From positions 1,024,001 through 1,088,000 of the forward strand of contig CBDCVR010000015.1 of assembly GCA_965223155.1 (NCBI GenBank): a DNA stretch of 64,000 nt. The letters run 5' to 3'. Positions within the stretch are counted from its first letter, which is position 1. Each line of letters starts with the position of its first letter. This stretch comes from Candidatus Multivoradales bacterium. GTDB lineage: Bacteria > Acidobacteriota > Thermoanaerobaculia > Multivoradales > JAHEKO01. Positions 63,535 to 64,000 of this stretch are shown in pieces. The notes beneath the pieces were generated by a model. The model made no database searches, had not been told where the DNA came from, and worked only from the letters and a program-made list of their open reading frames with translations. Both the position numbers and the translations under genes were made by a program.

Positions 63535-64000
63535 TGCACGGCAAGCCGCGGGATCTTGGGGTGGACGTTCTGGCGATCGGCGCCCATCCGGACGACGTCG
63601 AGCTTGCCTGCGGTGGCACGCTGGCCAAGCTCGCGACCGCCGGGCGCCGGGTGGGGATCGTACACCTGACCCGCGGCGAGGCCGGCACCCGGGGCACGCC
63701 CGACGAGCGCGCCCGTGAGGCTGCGGCGGCCGGTGCGGCTCTAGGCGCCGCCGAGGTCGAGATCCTGGACTTCGGCGACGGCGCGTTGCGCACGGGCGCT
63801 GCCGAAGAAGACGTCTTGATCGCTCTTCTCCGCTCGCTCCGGCCGGAGCTGGTCCTGGGTCCGCCCCCGGCCGACCGCCATCCGGATCACCGGCGGGCCC
63901 ACCGGCTGGTCGAGGCCGCGTGCTTCTACTCCGGCCTGGCCAAACGGGGCATGGGCGAACCTCACCGGCCGCGCGCCGTATTCCAGTACATGCAGCATGA
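63531..64000 (+). CDS. bshB1: PIG-L family deacetylase BshB1 (3' truncated; absent from the ORF track)
   Basis: Manual translation: VDVLAIGAHPDDVELACGGT...LTRGEAGTRG...DRHPDH; ATGA overlap with bshC. Confidence 0.88.
   Translation, partial: MMHGKPRDLGVDVLAIGAHPDDVELACGGTLAKLATAGRRVGIVHLTRGEAGTRGTPDERAREAAAAGAALGAAEVEILDFGDGALRTGAAEEDVLIALLRSLRPELVLGPPPADRHPDHRRAHRLVEAACFYSGLAKRGMGEPHRPRAVFQYMQH

Overview
High-GC bacterial chromosome segment spanning the replication origin. The tmRNA tag (ANHNLALAA) and the DnaA 'KHHST' signature suggest Acidobacteriota, which is an inference. Core content: gyrA-gyrB-recF-dnaN-dnaA with an oriC (DnaA-trios plus variant boxes), mutY, recR-ybaB-dnaX-ffs, tadA with two tRNA-Ser genes, a small toxin-antitoxin islet, rpmH-rnpA-yidD-yidC-jag-parS-rsmG-parAB-bactofilin, pyrD-pyrF, two lepB genes, comEA, metB-like and mtnA genes, pyruvate:ferredoxin oxidoreductase, tmRNA and dusB. 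The most notable accessory systems are: (1) an ArsM-like methyltransferase, radical SAM, atypical metallophosphoesterase and flavoprotein cluster, a candidate organoarsenical pathway truncated at the left edge; (2) a monoheme cytochrome c, NapC/CymA-type tetraheme, decaheme MtrA/MtoA-type and MtrB/MtoB-type porin operon with no MtrC; (3) a methyltransferase-bshC-bshB1 cluster suggesting N-methyl-bacillithiol. At the DNA level there are CCGCA-variant DnaA boxes, a recurring 9-bp repeat read in four different frames inside genes, and a ~176-nt rod-like structured element upstream of dnaA. No CRISPR array, integrase or transposase was seen. All calls come from reading motifs; no database searches were run.
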